Positions 7,846 to 16,306 of a DNA stretch of 29,278 bases are shown piece after piece (position 1 is the first letter of the stretch; each line of letters opens with the position of its first letter). The position numbers and the translations under genes are program-made. The notes below the pieces were generated by a model. The model was not told where the DNA came from. It did no database searches and worked only from the letters and a program-made list of their open reading frames with translations. This DNA comes from Pseudomonadota bacterium (GTDB taxonomy: Bacteria > Myxococcota > JACRCW01 > JAFGSX01): assembly GCA_043821645.1 (NCBI GenBank), contig JBDRCO010000009.1, positions 1 to 29,278 on the forward strand. Reading direction: 5' to 3'.

Positions 7846-9773
7846 TCAGGTGGGAGGCAGGGCCTCATGCCCGGTCTCGCCCACCTCGTAGCCTTGCATC
7901 TGCAGCACCTGCTGGGAGAAGGCCGGGGAGCGGACGATGTCGAGCAGGAGCTGGACCTTGTCGTCTTGAAACACGGCCTCGGGGATGACCAGGTCGTAGC
8001 GCTCTTTGGATATGGGTACGAACTCGAGGTCCAGGGCTGCGGCGGCCGCGGCGATGCCCAGGCCGGCGTCGGCGCGCCCCGAGGCCACGGCCATGGCCAC
8101 GGCCATGTGGGTGTGTTCTTCGGCGGTGTAACCGGAGATGGCGTGAGGCTCGATAGCAGCCTTGCGCAGTTCGAAATCAAACAGGATGCGCGTGCCCGAC
8201 CCAGGCTGGCGGTTGATGAAGCGGCTGTCGGCGCGCGCCAGGTCGGCGACGGTTTGAATGTGCTTGGGATTGCCGCGGGCAACCATGAAGCCCTGCCAGC
8301 GGTGCACCAGGGTGATGAGCCGCACCGGCACCTCGGCGAGGAACTTCTTCACGTCGGCGTGGTTGTACTCGCCGGTCGTCGTGTCCAGCAGGTGGCTGCC
8401 CGCGACGTGGGCCGTGCCACGGGCCAGGGCCAGCAGCCCACCCGTGCTGCCCACGTTGCTCGACGAGATGCTGACGCGGCCCGACGAGGCCTCGAGGATG
8501 AGGCTGGCCAGCAGGTGATGCACAGGTCGTGGGAGCCGATGACCAGCAGCTTGTCGTCGAGGGTGCGCCGGGGCACCAGCAGCTCGATCTGCACAGTGTC
8601 GCCCTGGGAGTAGCCGCTGACCTGCTGCGGTATGCGCAGGATGCCGTCGGCGCGGGTGACCGAGGTCATGGCGCCCGCGCCCCCGGCCAGGGGCAGCGCC
8701 ACCACCTCGTCGCCGATGCGGCCCGCGATGACGCGCACGTGCTCCTCGAGGCCGAGCTTCGAGGGCAGCTTGCGCGCCAGCACCGCGCTCACCTGCGCCG
8801 GGCTCGTCGCCACCGTGCCCTGCAGGGCGGCCAGCAGCGGGGCCACCAGCTCGCGGAAGCACACGATGGCGGACACCGGGTAGCCTGGGATGCCGATCAC
8901 GGGTCGGCCCTGCACCTCGGCGAGCAAGGTGGGTTTGCCCGGCATGACGGCGACGCCGTGGGTGAACAGATCCCCCAGCTCCTGCAACAGTTCGGGCGTG
9001 AAGTCGAGGGCGCCCGCCGACGAGCCAGCGATCACCAGCACCAGGTCAAAGCCCTGGCCCAGGCCCTGGGTCACGGCCTGCTGCAGCGCCTGCCTGTCGT
9101 CGCGCACCGGCGATCCCAGCGTGGCCTCGGCGCCGCACTCGGCAGCCATGGACACCAGCATGGGGCCGTTGACCTCGAGGATCTGCCCAGGCTCGAGAGG
9201 GTCGGGCGCCTGCTCCGGGACCACCACCTCGTTGCCCGTGGGCAGGATCAGCAGTCGCGGCCTGGCGAAGACCTCCACCGCCGTGATGCCCGCCGCCAGC
9301 AGGGCTCCCTGGTCGACGGGGGTCACGGCATGACGGGCGGGCAGCAGGATCTCGCCGCGCACGATGTCCTCGCCGGCCTTGCGCACGTGTTGCCAGGGGA
9401 AGGCCGCCGCTCGCAGCTCCCAGCCCGCATCGACCTGCTCGGCATTCTCGATCATGACCACGGCGTCGAACTCCGCGGGCAAGGGCTCGCCGGTATTGAC
9501 CGGGCGCACGGCCGCCCCGTCGAGGATACGGGGTTGATCGGCCTGCGCGCCGAAGGTGTCGCGTGCGCGCACGGCCAGGCCGTCCATGGCGGCGGCGTGA
9601 TAGGCCGGCACCGAACGCAGGGCCCGCACCGGCGCGGCGAGCACGCGCGCCCGCGCCTCGCGCACCGGCACCGTCTCCACGGTCGTGTGCAGCGACGAAA
9701 ACCTGGCGAGCACAGTACTCCGGGCCTCGTCCAGTGGCACGAGCTGGCGATACATGCGCTTGCGTCTATCCAT
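7846..9773 (-). pseudogene. moeA: MoeA fused to a C-terminal periplasmic-binding-protein-like domain; split by a 1-nt frameshift (genuine or sequencing error)
   Basis: From ATG 9773: AAMDGLAV, ILPTGNE, AGSSAG, VMPGKP, IPGYPVS up to LLVIGSHDLCI. The PBP domain (VGSTGGLLAL, AGSHLLD, INRQPGSGTR, HMAVAMAVASGRADAGLG, ERYDLVI) continues in another frame. The switch is at 8516/8517. Confidence 0.85.
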
Positions 9774-11040
9774 GGGCACGCTCCGCGTCGAAGACCAGGA
9801 CCTCGACCTCGTCTCCCCGGGCGAGGCCCTCGGCCTGCGCGGGTACCACCACCAGGCCATCGGCCTTGACCAGCGACGACAGCATGGCGGATTTTCCGAA
9901 CAGCGGCACGGCCACGCGTCCGTCGTCAGCGCGCTCGAGCCGCACCCGCACGTACTCCTCCTGGCCCCGCGCCGAGTGGATGGAGGTCGCGAGGCGTGCG
10001 CGCACGCGCACACCCAGCGGTCCCTGGCGCAGGGGTTCACCACTGAGGTAGCGAACAAAGGGCAGCACAAAGACCTGGGCCACCACGATGGCCGATACCG
10101 GATGCCCCGGCAGGCCGAACAGGGCCTTGTCGCCGACCCTGGCGACGAGGGTGGGCTTGCCAGGCTTGATGGCCACGCCGTGCACCAGGATCTCGGCCTG
10201 GTCCAGCGACGACACCACCGCCGGCATGAGATCGCGCTCTCCCACCGAGCTGCCGCCCGACAGCACCACCAGGTCCGCCCTGTTCAAGGCGTCCTGCAAG
10301 GCATCGTGCAGGGCCTGCGGCTGATCCTCGACGATGCCACCGTGCTCGACCACGCAACCGGCGGTGCGCAGAAGCGCGGCGACCGAATGGGCGTTGGCGT
10401 CGCGGATCTGCCCCGGCCCGGGCTTCTGGTCCAGGGCCACGATCTCGTCGCCGGTCGACAACACGACAGCGCGAGGCGTGCACCCCACCTCCACCTCGGT
10501 CACACCCAGGGCTGCCAGCAGGCCTATGTCCCAGGGTGTGATGCGCTTGCCCGCTGGCAACAGCAGCTGGCGCGCGCTCACGTCTTCACCGCGGCGCAGC
10601 ACGTTCTCGCCGGCGGTGACAGGTCGGCAGACCTCGAGCAGCGTCGTGGAAGCCTGGTTTGTCTGCTCGACCATGACCACCGCGTCGACACCTTGGGGCA
10701 GGTAGCCTCCGGTGGGGATCTGCACCGCCTGGCCCTTGCCCACGACGAGGGAGGAGCGCTCGCCCATGCGCACGTCACCGATCAGCTGCAGCGGCAGGGG
10801 GAGCGAATCCGAGGCACCAAAGGTGTCGGCGGCCTGCACCGCGAAGCCATCCATGGTCGAGCGGTCCGCGTCGGGCAGGTCCTCGGGTGCCAGGATCTCC
10901 GTCGCCAGCACCCTGTACAGGGCCTCGGCCAGGGCGACCCGCTGCGAGGGCAAGCGCGGAAATGTGCTGAGGGCGCGGCACAGCTCGGCGGGCGTGTGCA
11001 CGCGGAGAAACTCGGTGGGGTGATGCGCGCTCTTCCTCAT
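9766..11040 (-). CDS. moeA: Molybdopterin molybdo/tungstotransferase MoeA (gephyrin-like)
   Basis: RSTMDGFAV, IPTGGYLPQGVDAVVMVE, LSTGDE, SGGSSVGERD, IKPGKP, GLPGHPVS. Confidence 0.96.
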   Translation of the reverse strand: MRKSAHHPTEFLRVHTPAELCRALSTFPRLPSQRVALAEALYRVLATEILAPEDLPDADRSTMDGFAVQAADTFGASDSLPLPLQLIGDVRMGERSSLVVGKGQAVQIPTGGYLPQGVDAVVMVEQTNQASTTLLEVCRPVTAGENVLRRGEDVSARQLLLPAGKRITPWDIGLLAALGVTEVEVGCTPRAVVLSTGDEIVALDQKPGPGQIRDANAHSVAALLRTAGCVVEHGGIVEDQPQALHDALQDALNRADLVVLSGGSSVGERDLMPAVVSSLDQAEILVHGVAIKPGKPTLVARVGDKALFGLPGHPVSAIVVAQVFVLPFVRYLSGEPLRQGPLGVRVRARLATSIHSARGQEEYVRVRLERADDGRVAVPLFGKSAMLSSLVKADGLVVVPAQAEGLARGDEVEVLVFDAERAHG

Positions 11041-11459
11041 CGAGATGGCGTCCCTGTGCTGGAGGTAGTTGCGACGAGAATGCGGTGTCGCCAGCGCTTG
11101 GGGAGGTGAGCGCCGAGCACCGCGATGAAAAAGGCGACGAGCAGGACCCCGGTTGCGATCGTCGGCACCGCGCGTGCGAGCGCGAGCAGGCCAAGCTTGG
11201 CGATCGTGACCCAGCCCGAGAGCTGGCGCAGCAGGTCAGGGTGCGAGGCCCACTCGTGGGCCAGCAACAGCACCCCGCTGGTCGCGGCCAGGACCCACCA
11301 CAGGCCCAAACCCGGAACCCGTCCCCCGACGAGCTGCCCACCGAGGATGGCGGCGCAGGCGGTCAGGTGTGCTGCACGCACCAGCACCGAGCCCACGCGG
11401 GCCCAGCCAGGCAGATTGCGGACACGGCCCTCGGCGGCCCGGCGATCGGTCTCGATCAT
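11037..11459 (-). CDS. Small integral membrane protein (about 4 TM), unknown function
   Basis: 140 aa, hydrophobic segments. Starts 10 nt after the porin stop and overlaps moeA by ATGA. Confidence 0.75.
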   Translation of the reverse strand: MIETDRRAAEGRVRNLPGWARVGSVLVRAAHLTACAAILGGQLVGGRVPGLGLWWVLAATSGVLLLAHEWASHPDLLRQLSGWVTIAKLGLLALARAVPTIATGVLLVAFFIAVLGAHLPKRWRHRILVATTSSTGTPSR

Positions 11460-11468
11460 GCGGCGAGT

Positions 11469-12671
11469 CTAGATCGATATTTGCAGACTGAGCAGCACGC
11501 CGTCGTCCGCCAGGTCGGGCAGGCCTGGCTCATCGGTCTGCCGCCAGATGGCGTCGAGCATCAGCCGCACCAGATCCTTGTACAGGTAGTTCACACCCAC
11601 CGTGATCTCCTGCTGGCTCACCAGCGAGCCCACCTCGTTCCACTGGCTCTGGTACCAGTCATAGCGAGCGGCGAGCTGCAGGTCGTGGTCGGCGGTCAGC
11701 GACGCGGGCAGCAGCGTACCGAGGCTGTCGCGCACGCTCCACAGCAGGCGCAGGTCCCAGCCCTCGTACAGCAGGTCGGCGCGGCCGTCGTTGTCATAGT
11801 CGTCGTCGATGCGGCCACCACCGGCGAGCCCGGCGAGGCGCAGACCCAGCACCGGGATGCGCAGGCGCAGGTCGGCCGAGTAGCTGAGCCGGTCGAGGTC
11901 GTAGACCACCCGGCCGCTGTTGAAGACCATGTTGTCGTGCTTGTTGAGGCTGGCGTGGGCCCCCACCGTGACGACGTCGAACCAGTCGTACAGCTCCAGG
12001 CGCAGGCCGTAAAAGAGCTGTGGCCCGTTGGTCAGGATGTACTGCCGCTCGCTGCTGCCGCCGATGTAGAGGTTGGCGCCGAGTCCATTGCCCGCCATGG
12101 CGAAGTAGCGAAAGCCGCCGTGCCCCAGGTCCACATCACCCTTGAGCGCCACGCCCAGATCCCGGTAGTAGCTGCGGTTGCCATAGAACAGCGACGACGT
12201 GTGCACGCCCCTGGACAGCGCGTAGTCGGCACTCACCCGGGTCAGCTGCGAGCGGTGCGCGAAGTCCAGGTCCCGGCTCAGTACCAGCCCCTCATAGGTG
12301 GTGGGGATCTTCTGCTGGCCCACCTGCACGCGCAAGCAGCGCGCCACGTGAAAGGAAGCAAAGGCGTTGAGAAGGGCGGGATTGCGCTCGAGCTTGAGCT
12401 GCACGTGCAGCCCGACGCGATCGTCGATGAGCAGGTAATCCAGCCCCGCGCGAACCTGGTGCACGGACAGACCCGTGGTCTCGGTGACGCCGAGATCTCC
12501 CGATGGGAACTGGTGCAGAGCGTCCGCCTCCTCGAGCTGCTCGTAGACGGTCGCCCACACCTGGGCATAGGCGTAGGCCTCGAGGCCGTCGGAGAAGCGG
12601 TAGGCCTGGGCCGGCACAGCCAGAATGACTGCGACCACAGCGAGCACGGTGGAGCGGACGACAGGCACCAC
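11469..12671 (-). CDS. Outer-membrane porin (OprO/OprP-like anion porin superfamily)
   Basis: GGAGG then GTG start, signal peptide ending PAQA; LLNAF...VGQQKIP...RDLGV...GNG...ARYD...GVNY motifs typical of Porin_O_P-like proteins; beta-strand C-terminus LSLQISI. Confidence 0.75.
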   Translation of the reverse strand: MVPVVRSTVLAVVAVILAVPAQAYRFSDGLEAYAYAQVWATVYEQLEEADALHQFPSGDLGVTETTGLSVHQVRAGLDYLLIDDRVGLHVQLKLERNPALLNAFASFHVARCLRVQVGQQKIPTTYEGLVLSRDLDFAHRSQLTRVSADYALSRGVHTSSLFYGNRSYYRDLGVALKGDVDLGHGGFRYFAMAGNGLGANLYIGGSSERQYILTNGPQLFYGLRLELYDWFDVVTVGAHASLNKHDNMVFNSGRVVYDLDRLSYSADLRLRIPVLGLRLAGLAGGGRIDDDYDNDGRADLLYEGWDLRLLWSVRDSLGTLLPASLTADHDLQLAARYDWYQSQWNEVGSLVSQQEITVGVNYLYKDLVRLMLDAIWRQTDEPGLPDLADDGVLLSLQISI

Positions 12672-12712
12672 GGCGCCTCCCGGTTGCTTGGATCGACGCC
12701 AGCGGGTCACGC

Positions 12713-13945
12713 TCAGGGCACCACGCCGTGTCCGTAGACCACCACCGCGTCCTGATAGATCAGGGCCCAGCCGTCGTTCTTGGCGTCGAAGTCCTCGACA
12801 CCCTCAGGCAGAGGGTCGACGCGGATGGCGACCACGCCGCGCACCATGGCGCCGGCGTTGTGGTCCTTGCTGGCGTCGTAGTCCCAGCCGTCATTGCAGG
12901 TGGTCGGCGAATAGCTGGAGCCGCGGTCAGGCCCGCCCGCCGTGCTCTGCGGCACCACTGCGCGCAGGGGCCCCTCACCGTTGATGCGGCCCGAGCTGGG
13001 ATCCAGGTTGACCGGCTGCATGGCCTCGCCCTCGCGCTGGTGCGCCAGCAGCAACCACTGCGCATCGGGGATGGCCGCACCGTCGATGAGACCTGTGGGC
13101 AACTGGTCAGGGTAGGTGACGAAGTTGCACTCAGCGTTGCCGAGGTTGTCGAGGCCAGCGTGGTAGATCCCGTCGGGGTACTGCCTCTTCACGTCATCGA
13201 TGGAGAAGGTGGTCACGTAGCCGTCGGGCGCGATCATCGACAGCCCCGTGATGGCCGTGTCGTCGAGGTTGACCCCGGCGTCCTGCAGCAGGTCGCGGAC
13301 GCGCACGCCCGTGTACTGGGCATAGTTGTCAAACTGCTGGCGGTTGGAGTTGCACAGCAGGAACTCGGTGTGCTGGGGCAGGGCCTGCAGCGCCGCCCGG
13401 GTGTAGATCCGGTTCGGGGCCACGGGCTGCCCTGGCATGCTGCCCGGATCCCCCGGGTACTTGAGGTCCGCGATCTCGGTGGCGTTGCTGTGCCCGTCGC
13501 CGTCGGAGTCCCGGTCCGCGATCTGCAGCGGCGCCCCGCGGTTGCGGCCGGCGTTCTTGTAGTCGAGGCCATAGGGATTGAGGGTCTCGGCATAGGTGGT
13601 GGGCGTGGGCTCGATGAAGATGGCCGTGCCCGGGTGCTGGATCAGGTGGCAGTAGTCGCAGGCGTTGACGTAGACCTCGCGGATCTGGCCGCTGGAGTCG
13701 TAGCTGAAGGTGTCGCCCTTGTGGCAGGTCTGGCAGTCGTCCAGGCGCGTGCCGAGAAGCGCCGGGTAGGCGGTGACCAGGTTGTTGGCGTCGAGGTCGC
13801 TCTCGTGGCCCTTGTAGGAGCGCGAGGAGAGCAGGCCCTGGTCCCTGTCCTTCGCCGTGTCACAGGCCGCCCCGGGCAGGAGCAGGAGCGAGGGCAGCAG
13901 CGCCACGAGCAGGGAGCAGCGACGGGGCCAGTGAGCTTGGATCAT
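12713..13945 (-). CDS. Diheme c-type cytochrome lipoprotein with a GEGP motif and a C-terminal sulfite-oxidase/MsrP-like domain
   Basis: Lipobox LLLPGAAC; CQTCH (13721-13735) and CDYCH (13646-13660); DSDGDG Ca-binding-like loop; LLCNSN...YTGVRVRDLL...APDGY...GEGPLRAVVP. AGAGGAAGGG before ATG 13945. Confidence 0.85.
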   Translation of the reverse strand: MIQAHWPRRCSLLVALLPSLLLLPGAACDTAKDRDQGLLSSRSYKGHESDLDANNLVTAYPALLGTRLDDCQTCHKGDTFSYDSSGQIREVYVNACDYCHLIQHPGTAIFIEPTPTTYAETLNPYGLDYKNAGRNRGAPLQIADRDSDGDGHSNATEIADLKYPGDPGSMPGQPVAPNRIYTRAALQALPQHTEFLLCNSNRQQFDNYAQYTGVRVRDLLQDAGVNLDDTAITGLSMIAPDGYVTTFSIDDVKRQYPDGIYHAGLDNLGNAECNFVTYPDQLPTGLIDGAAIPDAQWLLLAHQREGEAMQPVNLDPSSGRINGEGPLRAVVPQSTAGGPDRGSSYSPTTCNDGWDYDASKDHNAGAMVRGVVAIRVDPLPEGVEDFDAKNDGWALIYQDAVVVYGHGVVP

Positions 13946-13955
13946 GTCCCTTCCT

Positions 13956-14642
13956 CTATTGTTGCGGCCGGGCGCAGGGAGCATCGTCGACGATGTTCCC
14001 ATCCCGGAGTTCAAGGCGCCGATGCGCCAGGTGTTGTACAAGATCGTGGTCGTGGGTGGCGAGCAGCACCGCGGAGCCAGCGGCGGCGAGGGTGCGCACG
14101 GTCTCCATCACGGCCAGACGGTGCGGTGCGTCCAGGTCGCGAGTCACCTCGTCGAGCAAGAGCAGTTCAGGGCGCAGCACCAGCGCCCTGGCCACGGCCA
14201 CCGCCGTTCGCTGACCACCAGACAGGCGCGCGACATCGCTGCGTGCCAGGTCTGTCAGGGCCAGGGCTGACAGCACCTGCGACACACGTGCCGAACGTTC
14301 GGGGCCGGGCACATGCCGCAGGCCCAGGCCCCAGCTCAGGTTGCGCTCGACGCTGCCCCTGAGCAGGTAGGGATCCTGCAGGACCAGCACCGCGCGCTGA
14401 CGAAAGGCGACCGGTGCCGGAGCCGGTCCGCCGTGCAGCGATCCATCGTCGAGGACGACCGTTCCCTCGGCGACGTCGCACAGTCCGGCGCAAGTCAGCA
14501 GCAAGCTGCTCTTGCCGCTGCCGTTGGGGCCGCACACGGCGGTGATGGAGCCGGCGGTGAGCTCGAGCGCGGGCACCTGCAGCACGAAGCCCGCGCCTCG
14601 CTTCACCTGCAGCGCCTGGCAGCGGAGCAGGGGCGCGCTCAT
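13956..14642 (-). CDS. tupC: Tungstate ABC transporter ATP-binding subunit
   Basis: Walker A GPNGSGKS, signature LSGGQR, Walker B LLLLDE, H-loop ATHD. ATG 14642 overlaps the tupB stop (ATGA). Confidence 0.88.
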   Translation of the reverse strand: MSAPLLRCQALQVKRGAGFVLQVPALELTAGSITAVCGPNGSGKSSLLLTCAGLCDVAEGTVVLDDGSLHGGPAPAPVAFRQRAVLVLQDPYLLRGSVERNLSWGLGLRHVPGPERSARVSQVLSALALTDLARSDVARLSGGQRTAVAVARALVLRPELLLLDEVTRDLDAPHRLAVMETVRTLAAAGSAVLLATHDHDLVQHLAHRRLELRDGNIVDDAPCARPQQ

Positions 14643-15334
14643 GACGCCTTCTCGACCCGCGGCTGGCGCCAGGCCAGCAGCAGGTTGACGCCCAGGGCGA
14701 TGATCAGGAGCACCACGCCCATAGCCACACCGCGGGCGAACTCGCCCTTGCCGGTCTCGAAGGCGATGCCGGTGGTGATGTTGCGGGTGTGACCGCGGAT
14801 GTTGCCACCCAGCAGCATGGCCGCGCCGACCTCGGTGAACACCCGGCCAAAGCCCGCAGCGACGGCGGCCACCAGTGCGGCGGCGTGCTCCTGGGCGACC
14901 AGCAGCGACGCACGCCAGCGACTGGCGCCCAGGCTCAGGGCGGTGAGCTGAATGCGCGGATCGGCCTGCTCCAGGGCGCTGCTGGCAAAACCGATCATGA
15001 TGGGCGTGGCGAGCACGGCCTGGCCCAGCACCATGCCCGGGATCGCGTACAGCAGCCCGAGATCTCCGAGCAAGCCCTGGCGACAAAGCAACCCGTACAG
15101 CACCAGCCCGACCAGCACTGTGGGCAGCGACATCGAGGCCTGCACCAGGGTGCGCAGGGCGTGGCGTCCGCGAAAGCGGCCCAGGCCCAGGGCCACGCCC
15201 AACGGCAGGGCGATGAGCGCGCTCAGCACGCAGGCGGTGAGCGACACGCGCAGGGACACGCCTATGGGGTGCCAGACATCGACGTCCAGCGACAGCAGCA
15301 TGCGAAAGCCGTCGACGAGGCCTGAGAGGATCAT
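14639..15334 (-). CDS. tupB: Tungstate ABC transporter permease
   Basis: SLPTVLVGL, GLLGDLGLLY, GFGRVFTEVGAAMLLGGNIRGHTRNITTGIAFETGKGEF, typical of TupB. Confidence 0.93.
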   Translation of the reverse strand: MILSGLVDGFRMLLSLDVDVWHPIGVSLRVSLTACVLSALIALPLGVALGLGRFRGRHALRTLVQASMSLPTVLVGLVLYGLLCRQGLLGDLGLLYAIPGMVLGQAVLATPIMIGFASSALEQADPRIQLTALSLGASRWRASLLVAQEHAAALVAAVAAGFGRVFTEVGAAMLLGGNIRGHTRNITTGIAFETGKGEFARGVAMGVVLLIIALGVNLLLAWRQPRVEKAS

Positions 15335-15367
15335 CGCCTGACCTGCCCCTCCCGGGTGGCTCCGGGT

Positions 15368-16252
15368 TCACGGCATCGAGGGCGCACTCGCGGCGGCGGG
15401 CTCGGTGCTGCCAGATTTCTTCACCGGATCACAGCCCGACACCAGGTGAAACAACGGCTTTTTCTGGGGCTGAAAACCCGCGATCAGCTCGAGTCCTGTT
15501 TTCGAACTCAGCCAGGCCACCAGGGCCAGGGCCGCCACGTGGTTGACGCCCGGGTGCTTGACCGGATCCACGGCCATGACGCTGTACAGGTTGTCCAGGC
15601 GCGGGTCGCCCTGCACCAGCACCTCGAGCTGCAGCTGGCTGGCGGCCGTATCGTAGGTGGCGCGGTCGCTCAGGCAGTAGGCCTGCTTCTCGCTCGCCAC
15701 GCCCAGGGTCATGCGCATGCCCTGGCCGGCTTCCAGGTACCAGGCGCCCTGGGGCGTGATGCCGGCCTGCTGCCACAGCGCCTGCTCCTTCATGTGGGTG
15801 CCGGACTTGTCGCCGCGCGAAACAAAGACCGCCTGCTTGTCGGCGATGATCTTGAGGGCGGCCGCGGCGTCGCTACCACCGCGCAGGCCCGCGGGATCGG
15901 TCGACGGACCCAGCAGCACGAAGTCGTTCTTCATCAGGGTGCGGCGATCCGTGCCGTGACCCTCGGCCATGAACGCCGCCTCAGCCTCGGGCGCATGCAC
16001 CAGCACCGCGTCGACGTCACCACGTGCGGCCAGGGCCAGAGCCTGGCCGGTGCCCACGGCCATCACCTGCACCTGGAGGCCGGTGCGCTGCTCGAAGGGT
16101 GGCAGCAGGACCTGGAGCAAGCCGGTGTTGTCCACCGAGGTGGTGGTGGCCAGGCGCAGGGGGGCGGGGGGCGCCTGTTTCTGTGCACAGCCGAGCACAG
16201 CCAGCCCGGTGACGACGAGAATCGCGAACCTCGCGACCGCAGAATGTGTCAT
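15368..16252 (-). CDS. tupA: Tungstate-binding lipoprotein
   Basis: Lipobox AVLGC; LRLATTTSVDNTGLL (TTTS tungstate signature), VGTGQAL, DAVLVHAP, SRGDKSGTH, LSDRATY. Start 16252 or 16261. Confidence 0.94.
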   Translation of the reverse strand: MTHSAVARFAILVVTGLAVLGCAQKQAPPAPLRLATTTSVDNTGLLQVLLPPFEQRTGLQVQVMAVGTGQALALAARGDVDAVLVHAPEAEAAFMAEGHGTDRRTLMKNDFVLLGPSTDPAGLRGGSDAAAALKIIADKQAVFVSRGDKSGTHMKEQALWQQAGITPQGAWYLEAGQGMRMTLGVASEKQAYCLSDRATYDTAASQLQLEVLVQGDPRLDNLYSVMAVDPVKHPGVNHVAALALVAWLSSKTGLELIAGFQPQKKPLFHLVSGCDPVKKSGSTEPAAASAPSMP

Positions 16253-16306
16253 GACGTCCATTTCGCTTCTCACATGCGAGTGGCGACAGCAAAGCGTTGA
16301 GCCCGC

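Noticed and set aside
16253-16306. Moco/Wco riboswitch or ModE/TunR site before tupA
   Set aside because: The gap is only about 50 nt and I could not recognise such a motif.
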